Assembly (NCBI GenBank): GCA_905178155.1
Contig: CAJINV010000008.1
Location: 930,001-994,000 of the forward strand
Origin: Amoebophrya sp. A120
Lineage: Eukaryota; Protista; Dinoflagellata
Reading direction: 5' to 3'
Length of the DNA: 64,000 nt
Numbering within the stretch: position 1 is the first letter of the stretch; the number at the start of each line of letters is the position of its first letter. Made by a program: the position numbers and the translations under genes. The notes beneath the pieces are model-generated. The model did no database searches and was not told the DNA's origin. It saw only the letters and a program-made list of their open reading frames with translations. Shown here one piece after another: positions 38,901 through 55,675 of this stretch.

Positions 38901-41081
38901 TCTTGGGGGGGACGAAAACTACGCTGAGTATTAACCTACCGAGCTAAGTTGTGCTGTTCTTAGATCTGTCTCGGTTACATAAGTGGTCGGCGACTGCGAG
39001 AGTTCTTGGATTTGATAAACCTACCTGGACACTGACTTCTTGGTGCAGCGCGACATACACCTATCATACAAAACAACTCCACTCCTCTAGACCCCTAATT
39101 GTATGCCAAAAGTTGAAGAAATAAGATCAAGGTAGCTAGTGCTAGTACACCTTGATATTGCTTCTGCTTCCTTGTCGAAGTTCGTCGAGCGAAGGAGTCA
39201 GGGGTAACGAAGGAACACAAGACAATTAACTTCCAAGCAGCCTCGGTCCTGCATGTACGAAATGGAAATCGGAATTCAGTGGGTGCAGCATATGACAAAG
39301 AAGTACGTGGTGTTTTTATTACTCGATCTCGATACCCCCTGGGCCCGGCCCTGGATCATTATTGCGAAAGATTGAAAATTTGGTTTTTTGGGGCGGGGAG
39401 CTGTTTCGCGCAATAACTTCCTCGCATTTTGCTATCTCTGGCTCTTTCAGACGAAGACCGTGACCGCATTCACTCTGACGACGCCGGTGCCCGCAACGTG
39501 GTGCCGGGAATTGAATTGTTCTCCTACGAGTACGATGGTCAACGCTGCCGAGGAGCTGAGGATCGGGATTTTGCTCCCAAATTTTCTTCCAATTTTCTGG
39601 GTGCCACGAAGGGAAGCCAATACATGAAACGCGTTTGGGAGGAACAGAAACAGGCCGTGGCGCCGAAAGCGGTCTGCGATACGCTAGCTGCGGATCAGGT
39701 GGAAAGCGAGCCAATTTGCTGCGGTATGGACCCGACCAAAAATTGCCACATTTCTTTTGGGTCGCTAGGTGAAGGCACGGCACACACGGTCCCCCTAAAG
39801 CCAGCGACCGTTCAAGACGATGTTGACCCACTGAAGTTACAAGAAAATGAAGGACCACATGAAAAACCGTTGCCCGCCGACGATTCTACTTCTTCCGCTG
39901 AAGAGTGCACAACGAAACCAGTAACCGCGGAAGGAATGACGCAGTTTGTCATTGCTCCCGGCATCGAAGAGGTCAAGAACGGAGAGACCGAGGCAGGCCG
40001 GGACGCAAAAACGAACGTGGTTACTTGTTTCCGAGGGGATGAGCACTTGGCCCCGTTTCACAGCAAATCGCTAGCTCTTGACGCGTCGACATCGCAGAGC
40101 AGTTCAAAAAGCGACATCCAAAACCTACAAAGAACCCCCAAGTATCAAGCGTAAATATGATGTCATAGTCTGTCACTGCAGCTGCTCTACTGAAAAAGAA
40201 TCCTGCGTGATGCAATATACTGTGTAGAAATAGAAAGTTAGAATTGCGTGGTGTGTGCTGATTCTTTGAGGAGCAAATAGTCGCCTCTTTCTCTTTTCGA
40301 AACGTGCCGCTGCGTGGTTTGGCTGCCTTGTCATCATGGCCTTCATGTCCTCACGAGGCCGCTCCAGATTCTGAAGTAATAATGTGCAGCAAAGGTTGTT
40401 GTATGGCCTTGGGCACTGTGCTCGACTACTTATGCACCCAATGTGCAGGATGTGCATGATGTAGTTGTGTCGGACTATGGCGTTTTTGCAGTTGATACTA
40501 GCGCACGCTGTCGCACTGCTTATCACATGTTTGCCAGTCTGGGAGCGCCGGAGGATCTGAAAACGGCGAAATGCGTCGAAGGTCTGAATGGCGACTCGCT
40601 GTTTGCCGAGGTGCTGACAAGAAGTCTGAACAACCCGGACGCCGAAACTGTGAAAAACATCTGTGCGCGAGAGTCGGAACTGTTCGACGAGGACCAGGAG
40701 AGGGCGCCCATCAACAACGCTCTGACACAACCAGCGGCACCAGCTCCAGTACTGGAACGCAAACGAAGCGCGGTTGCTGATCACGCACGCCCGGAAACAC
40801 TGGTCCCAGCAGCTGAGTCTTCGCCGTTGGCGCACGAGGACTCTCCTAGCGCTGACCCTCGTCCAAGAAGATCTCCCGAAGTAGAACAGGACTCTGAAGA
40901 ATCTAGCACCACTTCTGGCGCCCGTACGTCTTATTTGCAGCTGTGGACGGGGGTTTGCGTTTGGCTTGGTTTTCTCATGGTGATGGGAGCAGGCGCTTCG
41001 CTGACCTGCTTGTGGTACCTTTTTTCAAAGGGGAAACAAGGGAAGTTCGCTTGGGCAACAAGAGCCGTCGATGCCGAGTAG
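35961..41081 (+). CDS. Bifunctional GT8-like + GT32 (Gly_transf_sug)-like glycosyltransferase with signal peptide and C-terminal TM; join(35961..36886,37294..37678,38063..38788,39022..39060,39420..40141,40502..41081)
   Basis: DFIRLHAF...YDAVAYYDND, VGFFAVKP, GWT|PAKGYFVGGEAGQGF, KSDLIRYALLYGHGGI|YLDTDF, FSSNFLG and TM LWTGVCVWLGFLMVMG. All five introns are TA-type. Confidence 0.75.
36887..37293 (+). other. Probable decayed TA-type intron
   Basis: TAGG ... GATA|AGTAG; in-frame join FQEK|LGVLSS, with a weak TIR. Confidence 0.5.
37679..38062 (+). other. Decayed TA-type intron
   Basis: TIR TAGGCATTGCAAAT / ATTTGCATGCGATA; duplication GACAC/AAGAC. Confidence 0.75.
38789..39021 (+). other. Decayed TA-type intron
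   Basis: AATCT|TATCA ... TGATA|AACCT; splits the conserved GT32 motif GGI|YLDTD. Confidence 0.88.
39061..39419 (+). other. Decayed TA-type intron
   Basis: TIR TATCATACAAAACAACTCC / GGAGCTGTTTCGCGCAATA; join DIH|PRILL. Confidence 0.72.
40142..40501 (+). other. Decayed TA-type intron
   Basis: TATCAA ... TTGATA ends; in-frame join RTP.|ARCRTAYHMF. Confidence 0.65.
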
Positions 41082-42643
41082 GACGACGCCATTTCTTCAT
41101 CGATGCTCTCACTTGTTTGTGCTTATCGCGTTTCAACAGTATCGTCACCAGACACAGAAAAGGGAGATCTTGATCCTCTTAAAGCAAACTTTCTTTACAG
41201 TATTTGGATTGCCACATCTTTTTCCTTAATTTTTTTTCAACATGTTTAGTAAATTTTAATTTGCCGATGCCGTCTATTGTTCAATCATATTCACAATACC
41301 ATTTTAAGTTTCTGTTTCAGTTTTTCTGTTTGTCTGCATCCACACCCACAGCCATTTTTGCACTAGATTTCTTTTCAACTTTTCACTTTAATTGCCTTAC
41401 AAACAACATTTCATCTAGTAATGTAGCTATCCCCTTGGTACAAGCATTCGCATTCCACTCAAGTATGCTTTTCTGTTTTCGCCAAAAATTCCCTCGGATC
41501 TCGAATTTTAAGAAGTTAAACAAAACCTGCAGGAGTTCCCCCGTTTATTTTTTCGTACGCATCTAATTTGTAAGTCTTCGAATTGGCCGCGTGCGAATGC
41601 GATCGCGATGTTGTAGAACTCTTGTCGTTTCGCGGAGTATAGTCATAGTCTGCATTTTTACTGTCCGTGTCGAGTGCAGGAGCCCTGCACTCGAATACAA
41701 CAGTCTAAGCGACGAGGCTCAATGACAATGAGTGCAGGACCCCTGATGTGCGCCTCCTGCCTCCGCCTCGCGGCTCTGGCGAATGAGAACTCACTCAATA
41801 ATACGCAACATGTACGCGACGTTTTTATTTTTCTTGGCGCACAGCCACAGGCACGCCGGCGCCGGCCCGTCCGTGTACGTGTACCTACGAGCTCGCGTCG
41901 TTGGCGCACTTTTTACGGAGTTGCAGGTGTGCGTTGGCTACATTTCGTGTTTGTGCCTCATGGTCCAACCTCGTTCGTTCTGGTATGCAAGTACTTCATG
42001 GTTTGATGCGAGCAGCACGTCGGCACTCGTTGTGTCTTGCTCTTCCTTGCGCACTTTCAAGTGTGGTCAGTCACTAGAAGCAACATCCGAAGTCGTGTCC
42101 CAATATAGTAGTCGTAAAGATTCACTTCGTAGTCTTGTCAATGTCTTTTCGTATTCGTTCTCCATGATGAAGCCATTTATCAATAGCAAGCTTGCGCTCG
42201 TGTTGTAATATGTGGGTTGCGAAGGTTGGTACTGCTACTGATCGTTTGCCACCAGTCCGTCGTGCATGACTCTCTTCGTGCTTGGTGAACAAGGTCATGC
42301 GTTCATTCGTTTATGTCCATGGGAAAGGGAAATAGATGTAGAATCGCAGTCGTCCTTTGATGCAGCTCACCTTTTTCCGTTTTTAGTGCGTGAAGGAAAA
42401 ACATAAGTAAAAGATAAGTAAGTAGTAGGGCATTGTCCAAGATTAAGATTTTTGTTTCTAATTTTTACCACAGGTGCTACGCCCCCCCAGCATTTCGTCT
42501 ATCACATGTTAGGCACGCGTTTTCCTCGGAAATAGTACCGAAGGAAAAATAGCCAGAGCAAGGAAGCGTTTATGTAGAGCAGCGCCTCTGTGCAATTTAT
42601 TTTTTTCGGCATGTGCAACTGCAAACCCGCACCACGAACAAAC

Positions 42644-44866
42644 ATGAGCTTGACTTTCTACTCCCAGATGCGCAGCCGAAGCTGGTTTCGGCGCTCCTCG
42701 ATTCGTTGCGCGACGACCATTTTTTTTCTGTCCGTGGTTGCTGAGCAGCCGTTCTTTTCGCTGGGATCGCGAGTTACTCCCCAGCGCCATGAGCAGGAGG
42801 TAGTTGATGTTGTAGTCGATGAGGATGGTGAGGAGCGACCATCACCCCGTGCTGCAGCCGAGAATAACGCGTTATCTTCCGCTGCCGCAGCTAACATCAA
42901 AGTAGAGCTGGTCGTGTTTGCGGACCGCAGCTTTCAAAATCGCTACCAGGACCAGCTGAACAGTTTGCGTTGCTTTGCGAACCAGCAAGCCGGATTATAC
43001 CAGTTTCGGAACTTCACGCTCACCAAGGACGCGGAGGACTGGGGTCGCAACGCGTCGCCGCAAACCAAGGCGGCCTGTCTCGGTGAGGGCCGTGACGCGT
43101 TCTTCATTCGCCACTGCCTGCTGGTCGCGTATCTGGAGTCGAAAGCTGGTGGAGCTGCGGGTGCGGATGGTGCTACCGCAGAACGTCGCGAGGAAGACGA
43201 GATCCCGGACGAAACGGTCTACGTCGCCCTGGACGCAGACATCGCTGCGCGGTCGTTTGAGCTCAGCGCGGACCCCTGGGTGGCGCTGCTGGCTGGCGCG
43301 GGGACGCTTGCCGGGCTCCCGCCGTCGAGGGTTGCAACCCACTCCAGCGACAAGCCAGGTGAAGATAAAACCGCGGCGAGCAGCGGCACGGAGACCGCAG
43401 ATGAAGTTTTGCCGGCAGTAGCTCTGGACGCGGTGGCGGCGGCTGCCGACGTGATGTTCTTCGAGCGCACCTGGGGTTTGGAAAACCACAACGAATTGAT
43501 GGCAGGCACGTACATGCTGCGCAACAACCCGCGGTCCCGGCAATTTCTCCGGCAGTGGGCGGCGTGGGAGTTCCACCGGCCTGAAAACGGGGCTGCCTTC
43601 AGCTCCGCTGACAACGGCGCCATTCACGTCGCGGTTCCCGAGGCGCTCGGGATTCCGGCTTCGCGTTGCGAGACCGCCTTTAACAACCTGCACGCCAGGG
43701 TGGACAACCTGTCGCCGTACGCGAAGGTGATCGGCTGTGTTCGCGAGCACCTAGGCATGGGATCCGCCGCCGCGCCCAAGTCCGACGCGGTCGGGGAGCA
43801 GTTCGAACGGAACGAAGGCATCCTGCTCGCTGCGGGCGACACGGCGGATCAGCCACTCGATCGCGCATTAGAAAAAGCGAACCTGTTGTCCGAGAAGATC
43901 AGAATTTCCGAGGAAAGTGGAAAAACAAAGAGCTCGACTGAGGAGGGGAAGACGTTTTTGCCGTCCGCGGAAGGGGCAGCTACCGAGACGCTGCTGCATC
44001 CGGACCGGTTCATTCCGCATCTGAAAATCCGCGTGCTGGGCTACGACCAGGCCTGGGCCCTCGACTGGTGGGCGTCCAACAGCAAAAACCCGTTCGGCCA
44101 CGGCCTGAAGAACATGACGGAAGGCCGCAGACTGAACTGGTTCTCCAAACCGATGCTTTCCTGCATAGAAAGCGGCGCGACAGAATTCCCGCACCGCGAC
44201 CACGCGCCCGTCGCAAAAGCTCTGGCGTCTGAACAGCCGGCCGACGAAAGCGAAAAGGGTAGAGACGAGGTGCTTTCTCGCTCTGCGCAGGCGCCAGAGG
44301 AGCACGAATTCGGTACCGCCGCAGGTGCTGATATGAACTCCGGGGTTGGCACCACGAAAGTAGTGCCGATTCTGTCTACGGATCGAGCACCAAATCGTAT
44401 GGGGGAACAGCAGCTTTCCCATTCCGCGGGTAGTACACCAACGCATGCTTCAGGAGAAGATCAAGGGGCCAACCTCGTGTCAGCGGCGTACAACCCACCT
44501 GGCCCTTCGCTTCTGATTTGGGCGTGGTTCTACCGGCTAACGATCTTGTGTCTTGTTGTGGCCTCCGCCTGTGTGGTGCTCCTGTTGTGGCTGTTTTACT
44601 CGAAGGAGAGGGTCAGTTGGATTTTAGACAGCAAGCTTGCCCGCACGTTGTCCCACTTCAAGGCAAAGTCCCAATCCAAGTCCAAGTCGCTCGTTCTCGG
44701 CCCTGGCGCCAGTAGTCCAGTGGACTTCATCGAAGATGACTCCTCGCCCTCGGCCGTCGACCGCTTGCTAGCACAGTCTCCCTCGCCTCCTGGTCGGGAG
44801 CCTCTTGGTCGCCGCAGTTGCAGCCCCCCGCGAAGTCCGCTGCAACCCTACACGAACCCTCTCTAA
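42644..44866 (+). CDS. DUF273-like putative glycosyltransferase with C-terminal TM, single exon
   Basis: SLRCFA, FFIRHC, VALDAD, DVMFFER, ELMAGTYMLRN, WAAWE...FSSADNGAIH resemble DUF273 motifs; hydrophobic segment near the C-terminus. The start is uncertain (42611, 42644 or 42668). Confidence 0.7.
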   Translation: MSLTFYSQMRSRSWFRRSSIRCATTIFFLSVVAEQPFFSLGSRVTPQRHEQEVVDVVVDEDGEERPSPRAAAENNALSSAAAANIKVELVVFADRSFQNRYQDQLNSLRCFANQQAGLYQFRNFTLTKDAEDWGRNASPQTKAACLGEGRDAFFIRHCLLVAYLESKAGGAAGADGATAERREEDEIPDETVYVALDADIAARSFELSADPWVALLAGAGTLAGLPPSRVATHSSDKPGEDKTAASSGTETADEVLPAVALDAVAAAADVMFFERTWGLENHNELMAGTYMLRNNPRSRQFLRQWAAWEFHRPENGAAFSSADNGAIHVAVPEALGIPASRCETAFNNLHARVDNLSPYAKVIGCVREHLGMGSAAAPKSDAVGEQFERNEGILLAAGDTADQPLDRALEKANLLSEKIRISEESGKTKSSTEEGKTFLPSAEGAATETLLHPDRFIPHLKIRVLGYDQAWALDWWASNSKNPFGHGLKNMTEGRRLNWFSKPMLSCIESGATEFPHRDHAPVAKALASEQPADESEKGRDEVLSRSAQAPEEHEFGTAAGADMNSGVGTTKVVPILSTDRAPNRMGEQQLSHSAGSTPTHASGEDQGANLVSAAYNPPGPSLLIWAWFYRLTILCLVVASACVVLLLWLFYSKERVSWILDSKLARTLSHFKAKSQSKSKSLVLGPGASSPVDFIEDDSSPSAVDRLLAQSPSPPGREPLGRRSCSPPRSPLQPYTNPL

Positions 44867-45955
44867 GACCCGCGCTGGTGAGATGAACAGACGGTGCCGG
44901 TAGCATGACTAACACTATGTACTTCAGGAGTATTTCACCGACACCGACGAAATTATAATCAGAAAGCACCATGATCTTGAGATTCTAATCCGATCAGAGC
45001 AGAGGGATTACGGCGGTACAACTTTACTACATCACCTTCGCATGCTGTCCATCTTTTTAAAGCTGTTTGTTTCGAATTTGAGTATTCGATTTCTTCTGTA
45101 CATTCATTCTGATTCACGACCGTATCTATTTGTGCACTTGACGATCTATCAATCTATCGGGGTCGTGGGTGTGCCACCCACGTAGCTAGCCAGGAGTGGC
45201 CCCAAGACTACGTCCCATCGTCCCCTTTTCGATCGATACTTACGAGATGAAAATGAATCGGACGTGATTATATGTAGTTTCTTTTGCCCTTGCTCAAATC
45301 GTAATCATATACATAGTTTCTTCCACTTGTATTTTGTTCGTCAATGGGGACACCATATGGCAACTTCTCGAAACTTGGCATGGTACTAGAAGTTTCTTCA
45401 GGATGCATTCGCATGCCTCGTCTTTTTGCTTTTTGGGTGACATACTATCCAAGCTTAAGCTCAGCTGACTCTTGTCTCTATGTTCTCCTTTTCCTATTTG
45501 ACGCGAAGACGAGCAGGTCGAGACGGCAGCGGCACCCACCTTGCACCAGCCTGCACGCTTCACGATCAATGAGAACCTTAATGAGACGAGTATGTAGCGA
45601 TTTGTATTGCCGGCTAGATGATCATGATTTTGTTATAGAAACAAAGGAGATTTCTCAGAAGACGAGGGCAAGTTAGTAGTTATTCTGAGCGCCAGTTGAG
45701 AGTATGAACGCAAAAAAGAACATACAGAGAGAAAAGGCTGAGGGCACTTGTGGTTTGTTGGCTTCGAATTGATCGTCCAGAATGAGTTGCGGCATGAGGT
45801 TTATAAATAGAAGCTGCATATGAAAATAATGAAATCTTGTCTCGGGACAGCAGTGTTATTGTGCAAGACGACTAAGTTTGCGTACGAGATAGGTAACAAG
45901 CAAAAGCTATCTCGCAGAAGTACCCCCCGCCCCCCCCGGAAAAATCGACAATAAC

Positions 45956-47097
45956 ATGCGGTCGAGCAGCTCTGTGCCTGTACTCCTGGGTCTGCTCCGC
46001 ATTCGATTTCTCAATTTCTTGACTCCAGTGGTTTACTTTTTTGAAAGCGAAGAAGGTGCCGCGACTGAGAAGCCGCGGCGAGGCTATCTTTTACTCAGCG
46101 TCGCGGGTCAGCAGTTCAAGCGCCCGGCACGGAGAAAAACACTACCGGAAGTAAGCACGGGAGTTGATGACGTCTTGCTGCATCAGGCGCGGCCGCTTTC
46201 TTCGCCGCCCGCATCGCCACAGAAGAAGAACGCGAATCGTACCACTTTTCCCAGTTCTTCAGTCTCCGCACAGGGCGGGGCACAGCAGCAGGCAGGCGTA
46301 AATTTGAGAACGAGCGGAGCCACTACACCAGGCGCGTCAGTTCCTCCGGTACAACCTGTTGTACCACAGTCAGGAGCAGCCCCGGGTGGCGACGAAGATC
46401 TTGGTGAAATCGAGCGTTTCCTGGAGCGAGAAGCCGCGCAGAAGAAAATATCTGGGGCCGGGGGCTCTCCCTCAGCCGACGGGCAAGTGGAAAATTACAT
46501 GGGCGGGACGAGTTCTTCGTTTGACGCTGCGACCCAGGTGCGAAGGCAGTGTGCTGCAGAGGTCGGGACCGTATGGCTCTACGGCGATGTTGACCACATG
46601 GACACGAACACAGCGGAAGAGTGCTGCGAGCGATGCGATCTGGAGCCCGAGTGCACGCGTTGGAGCTTTGGTTTCCGGGGCTCCATGAAGGGCAAATGCA
46701 TGCTGCGCAACGACGAATCCTATGCGAGCAAAGAGCCGGAAATCGTGTCCGGGCGCAGGACCACACCGCTGCCCACACAAACCTCTATCCTGAGTAAAAA
46801 CGTACCCACACCAGAGTCAGGGTGGGGATTTTGCAACACAAACCTAGGAGTTTTGTGAGTCACGCATGACAAGTTGCACTCTGCAGTGTAGTGCAGGTTA
46901 GCAAGTGCAGCCGCGTCACAGACTCATCTGCTCATCCTGTTCACAGCATCACAAATTCCAAAACACGATTGGAAATGGCTCTCATGGGGATGCGCATTAC
47001 AAGTCTTCCTGTCTTTGCAAATCTGCATTACAACTCTGGCGTGGGTACGTTTTTACTCAGGATAACCTCAGCGGGGTCATCACGTGAAGAACTGTAG
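45956..47097 (+). CDS. PAN/Apple-domain protein ending in the KDEL-like signal REEL; join(45956..46784,47069..47097)
   Basis: Cys pattern C...TAEECCERCDLEPECTRWSF...GKCMLR...VSG. Introner removal gives PTQTSAGSSREEL*. Confidence 0.75.
46786..47064. mobile_element. Introner family C, TSD ACCTC
   Basis: TIR TATCCTGAGTAAAAACGTACCCAC(A/G)CCAGAGT; ACCTC at 46781-46785 and 47065-47069. Confidence 0.95.
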
Positions 47098-47852
47098 CTG
47101 CAAATCAAACGAGGAGAGACGGATTCTGGAACAATATTTGAAACCAACGCTAAGAACTCACTCCGCTCCCGTTCTCATCTTTGATCAGGTCAACATAGTA
47201 AGTGCATGGATGGTAATATGGCGCACCAGGACCGTAGTAACATTCGAAAGTCGATCGACCACTGGAGTCGTAGAAAATCTTAGGTATGGACATAAATGAC
47301 GGTGGTCCAGCTCTACCAGGACAAGCGTACTTACGTGCGACCCGAACTATGGTCCAGTGTTCACTTTCTAGCTAAGCATTCCTCCTGGAGAAAGCGTATC
47401 TCTGATACAGAGAATTATTAGTGCCAGCTGTGGACGAATCCAACTGATGTGCGAACGTCACAACAAGGCAACGTAGCTGTGCAGTGCACCAAGTTTAGCT
47501 GTGCAGAACACCTCGCTGAAGCGTGACTCGTATGCTCACGTGCATGCGTGAGCCGCAGCAAATTTTTTTTATACAAGATGAAGGCGAGCTGCGGGGAAAG
47601 CAGAATTGCTGGACCAGATACATTTTTTTCTCATGAGACCGTGGTATTCGATATGACATTGATTCCAGTTCCACCTCCTCAAAAGAAAAAGAACATGTTG
47701 AACGAGGTACATTCTTCTAGTCATAAGTATCTATCTGGTGAGTCGTTGACATTGTCGAGCCAGAACTGTTCGGGGTCATGAACAACACAGTGAGTGTATG
47801 TGTATCGTTCAGTAGCTGCATCTTCATATAGTTATTTGTCACTTGTCTCAGC

Positions 47853-49149
47853 ATGTCCAGTGCAATTTGTGCCCGCCCGAGTCTCTGGTGGAGGTTTTCT
47901 TCGCCGCACCAACCTTTACTTTGCGCCGGTCGGCGACGGCAGCTGGCCCGTCGCGGAACACTTGTTTTCCGGCATCAAATTCAGACCTCGCGCACCCTCT
48001 CGAACTCAGGCTCACCAACGAGAAATGCGAACAATGGAGCTGCAGAAAAGGACGGACCGGCTTCCGCTCCGCTTCGTACTACCGATTCTGCCGAGGGGCT
48101 CACATCGACAGAGCCAGCCGTTGCGCCACCGGCGCACGACAGCGCCCACACCCAGACGGGATACAGAACAAGTTCCAAGAGTACAAATTTCCAAGAAGGA
48201 AACAACAAGACGTTTCCAAGATTGGCCGACGGCAAGAACTTCGCGACGACGTTACCGCATTCCCGACCCCCAGAGGACTTCATTTTTGCCCAGGCAAAAG
48301 CAAAGAAGCTGAACCTATCAAAAATTCAGAAGCACGTCTTTTTGTGTTGCGGACAGACCAAGGATAAGTGTTGCAATCGTGAGCAGGCTACGAACGGGGT
48401 ACGGTGTCCGCTCGCCTCTCAAAAGACCCGTTTCGACAGTGATAACTTCTACAGGAGGCCGAGAGCCAATGCCCGCATGACCATGATCACCTCTTAATTC
48501 CCCAGCATGATATTAGATAGAAATTGGTCTTTCATCGTAGAAGACCTTTAAGCACCTGCTGGAGTGTACCAGCACTCGCGGCGCAGTCAACTATACCCAA
48601 TGCCAATGAAACCGACGATGACTCAGTGCGCAATCTGCACATCAGGAGGATGCATGTTTAACAAATTTTCGCACATTCTTATGATTATTTCGGCGCTTTT
48701 ATGTTTTTCAAGGCCATTCCTTTTTGTTTGTTCCCTTCTTGTGGTGTGTCGAATTGAGTTCAGCGGAAGTAGAGCGCGATTTTCTCTGCACAATGGCAAA
48801 CGCAAGCTGGCAATACTTGCGGAAACGGTTACAGGAGCTGAAACTGGCTTCGGAATTTTACGAGGACCAGCCGGGCAGCGAGGACCAAACGACGACAGCA
48901 ATGACAGGAGGCGCCGAGCGCAAACGCGAAGCACCAGAAGAAGTAGATGGGAGAAACCAAGTTGCTCGTCAGGGCTTTGTCGCACGAAGCAAGGTTGACT
49001 GCCTCCGCATCTGCGCAAATGGTCCTATCTGTGTCGTTTGGCCAGATAACGTCTGGTATCAGAGAGCAGACCCACCTGTGCTCGAGAGGATAATTCAAGA
49101 GCATCTAATCGAAAATAGGGTCGTCGAAGAACACCGACTCCAGGACTGA
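47853..49149 (+). CDS. Thioredoxin-like [2Fe-2S] ferredoxin with a long N-terminal extension; join(47853..48387,48797..49149)
   Basis: HVFLCCGQTKDKCCNREQA|NASWQYLRKRLQEL and RSKVDCLRICANGPICVVWPDNVWY...LERIIQEHL. Confidence 0.82.
48388..48796 (+). other. Decayed TA-type intron
   Basis: CAGGC|TACG ... CACA|ATGGC; restores the ferredoxin domain. Confidence 0.75.
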
Positions 49150-51128
49150 TCTTCTCGATCTCGTTTTTTCCGGTTGACCCCCATCCACTTACGCTTACTA
49201 AGTCCCCTTTTTCAAACCGCTTCCACGGATTTAGGAGACGTGGTAGGTGATTCTCCAATGCATAGATTTGTAGAACAAGTACTAGCGTTTCGATTTCGAC
49301 TGCCCGTTTCTATAAAAAAGACAGTCGCAGCAGGGAGGACGGGTGATCGATTCAATCGCATCCTCGTCGTATGGGTATGCAAATGTTGATCGTCTTGAGA
49401 CGTGCTGGTCTTTTGTGTCTTGTCCGATGATGGATGTACAATGGTGAAAATGGAGACAGCGAGTGAGACAAAATTTGCAACTGGCAGCTACTCAAGCAAG
49501 AAGCAGGTCACGTAACGTACGCGCAGCCTCCTTCTAAGCAACGAGATTGAAAACGAAAAATAGAAGTTTTTAAGGAGCGCGTACTCACAGCTGTGATGTG
49601 TTCGTCTCAAAACTGCCACAATAACCAGTTCCCGGGGTGTTGAGTTGAACGAGCTTGATGAAATAGGTCAGTGAAGGCCCGCCTGACCACCAAAGAACTA
49701 TCCTGCAAGAAAAGTGGCAAATGTGGCCAAAGTATAAGTGCTACATAGGGCGGCTAGGTGCCTCCAGCAAATGTGTTTTCCAGCCTAAGCAGAGCCAGTA
49801 AAACGCAAGAGGCGCGTGGACAAACATCCCAGCAGTAGTACTACAGTATGTTCGGTTTTTTCGGCAGCCTAAGGCCGGTTTTACCCCCACTCGTCCTCGG
49901 TTCTTTTTTTCGTTGGTTTATGCTTTACGAGTACGAAGTATGACAACACGAATAAATAGCAACTCCCACATAATGTGCACTTGAGAGACAACCTCAACCT
50001 GGGTGGTTCAAGTAGCTACCCCCGAAGACCTCCTCTCCTGTACGAATATGATTGCCCAATGTTCTACTTAGTTCACGACAATCACAAGCAAGTTTTCCTT
50101 GTCTAAAGTAACGGGTCTCTTTCTTTTACAGAGCGGCTCGAAGAAGCAGTGCGCGTACTAAAACTTACCAACTCCTCTCAGTAATGTTGGTCTAAGCACG
50201 GAACCAGCACAATAAAAATCTGCGAATATTCAAGAGAGAGAGAAAGCTTCACGCTTGTGGGACTTGTTCATGATTTTGTTTATCCAATTCCATCCTTTCC
50301 GTGTTTAGCAGAGTGGTTTTTGTCGTTGGGGTCCTTGTGGAGGAGCAGTTAGCGAGCCTCCCCCACATTGCGTGTCCTCAAGCTTCACGTCGCTTGTCCT
50401 TATCCCTTTTCCGTTATCGAAATGAAATGCATGCTACCCACATGAAGACCACCGTTGTAACCGTTCTTGGTCTTCTCAAGTTACTTATTTCCATTTTTCT
50501 TTGCTGCTATGCCACCGCGTTGCCTCGAGCATGACGAGCTTGGCTATGCATTTACATGCTATGGAAGCAAAAGGAAGAGATACAGCGAACAGGAGATGGA
50601 GATGGAGATGGTTGTTGTAGACGCCAGTCGTGATATTATCAAGAATAACGAACAACCGCAAGGCAGCGCGCACATCGAGCAGTACGTATCTGAATAGATA
50701 GAGTGGGTGCTCGACATCGTTTCATTTCGATAACCGTCATCGAAAATTGTGGGCGTCTGCGCAAAACCCGGGCGCGAAGCCAGCGCCGAGGACCTTATCC
50801 AAGATTTGAGTCTGTCAATCATATGGCACGATCAATGTATGAGAACGGTTCAACCAGTTAGATTTGGCATGCAAGCTGTAACGAGCAAAACCTGCGGACA
50901 TGTTGGTCCCGGTCCGTATATACCTCATGTGCCAGTGAAAGAGCATGAGCTGCAAGCTTGAAAGATATTATTTGAAGGAAGGAAAAACGTAGCTGCAACA
51001 CTAAGTACATAGCAGCTCAATGTCAATATATTGATTCCTTCACACTGCAGCACTAGCAGGGGAAGTACTTAAATGGGTGCCAACTCCTTGCATCGACTCA
51101 AAGCTGCACCGGAATACCGCAGAAAGTA

Positions 51129-55675
<4,547 letters not shown>

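Noticed and set aside
39335-39420. Alternative model with an extra micro-exon and a TATTGCG...CGCAATA mini-intron
   Set aside because: It does not keep the frame; the single intron 39061-39419 has a longer TIR match and an in-frame join.
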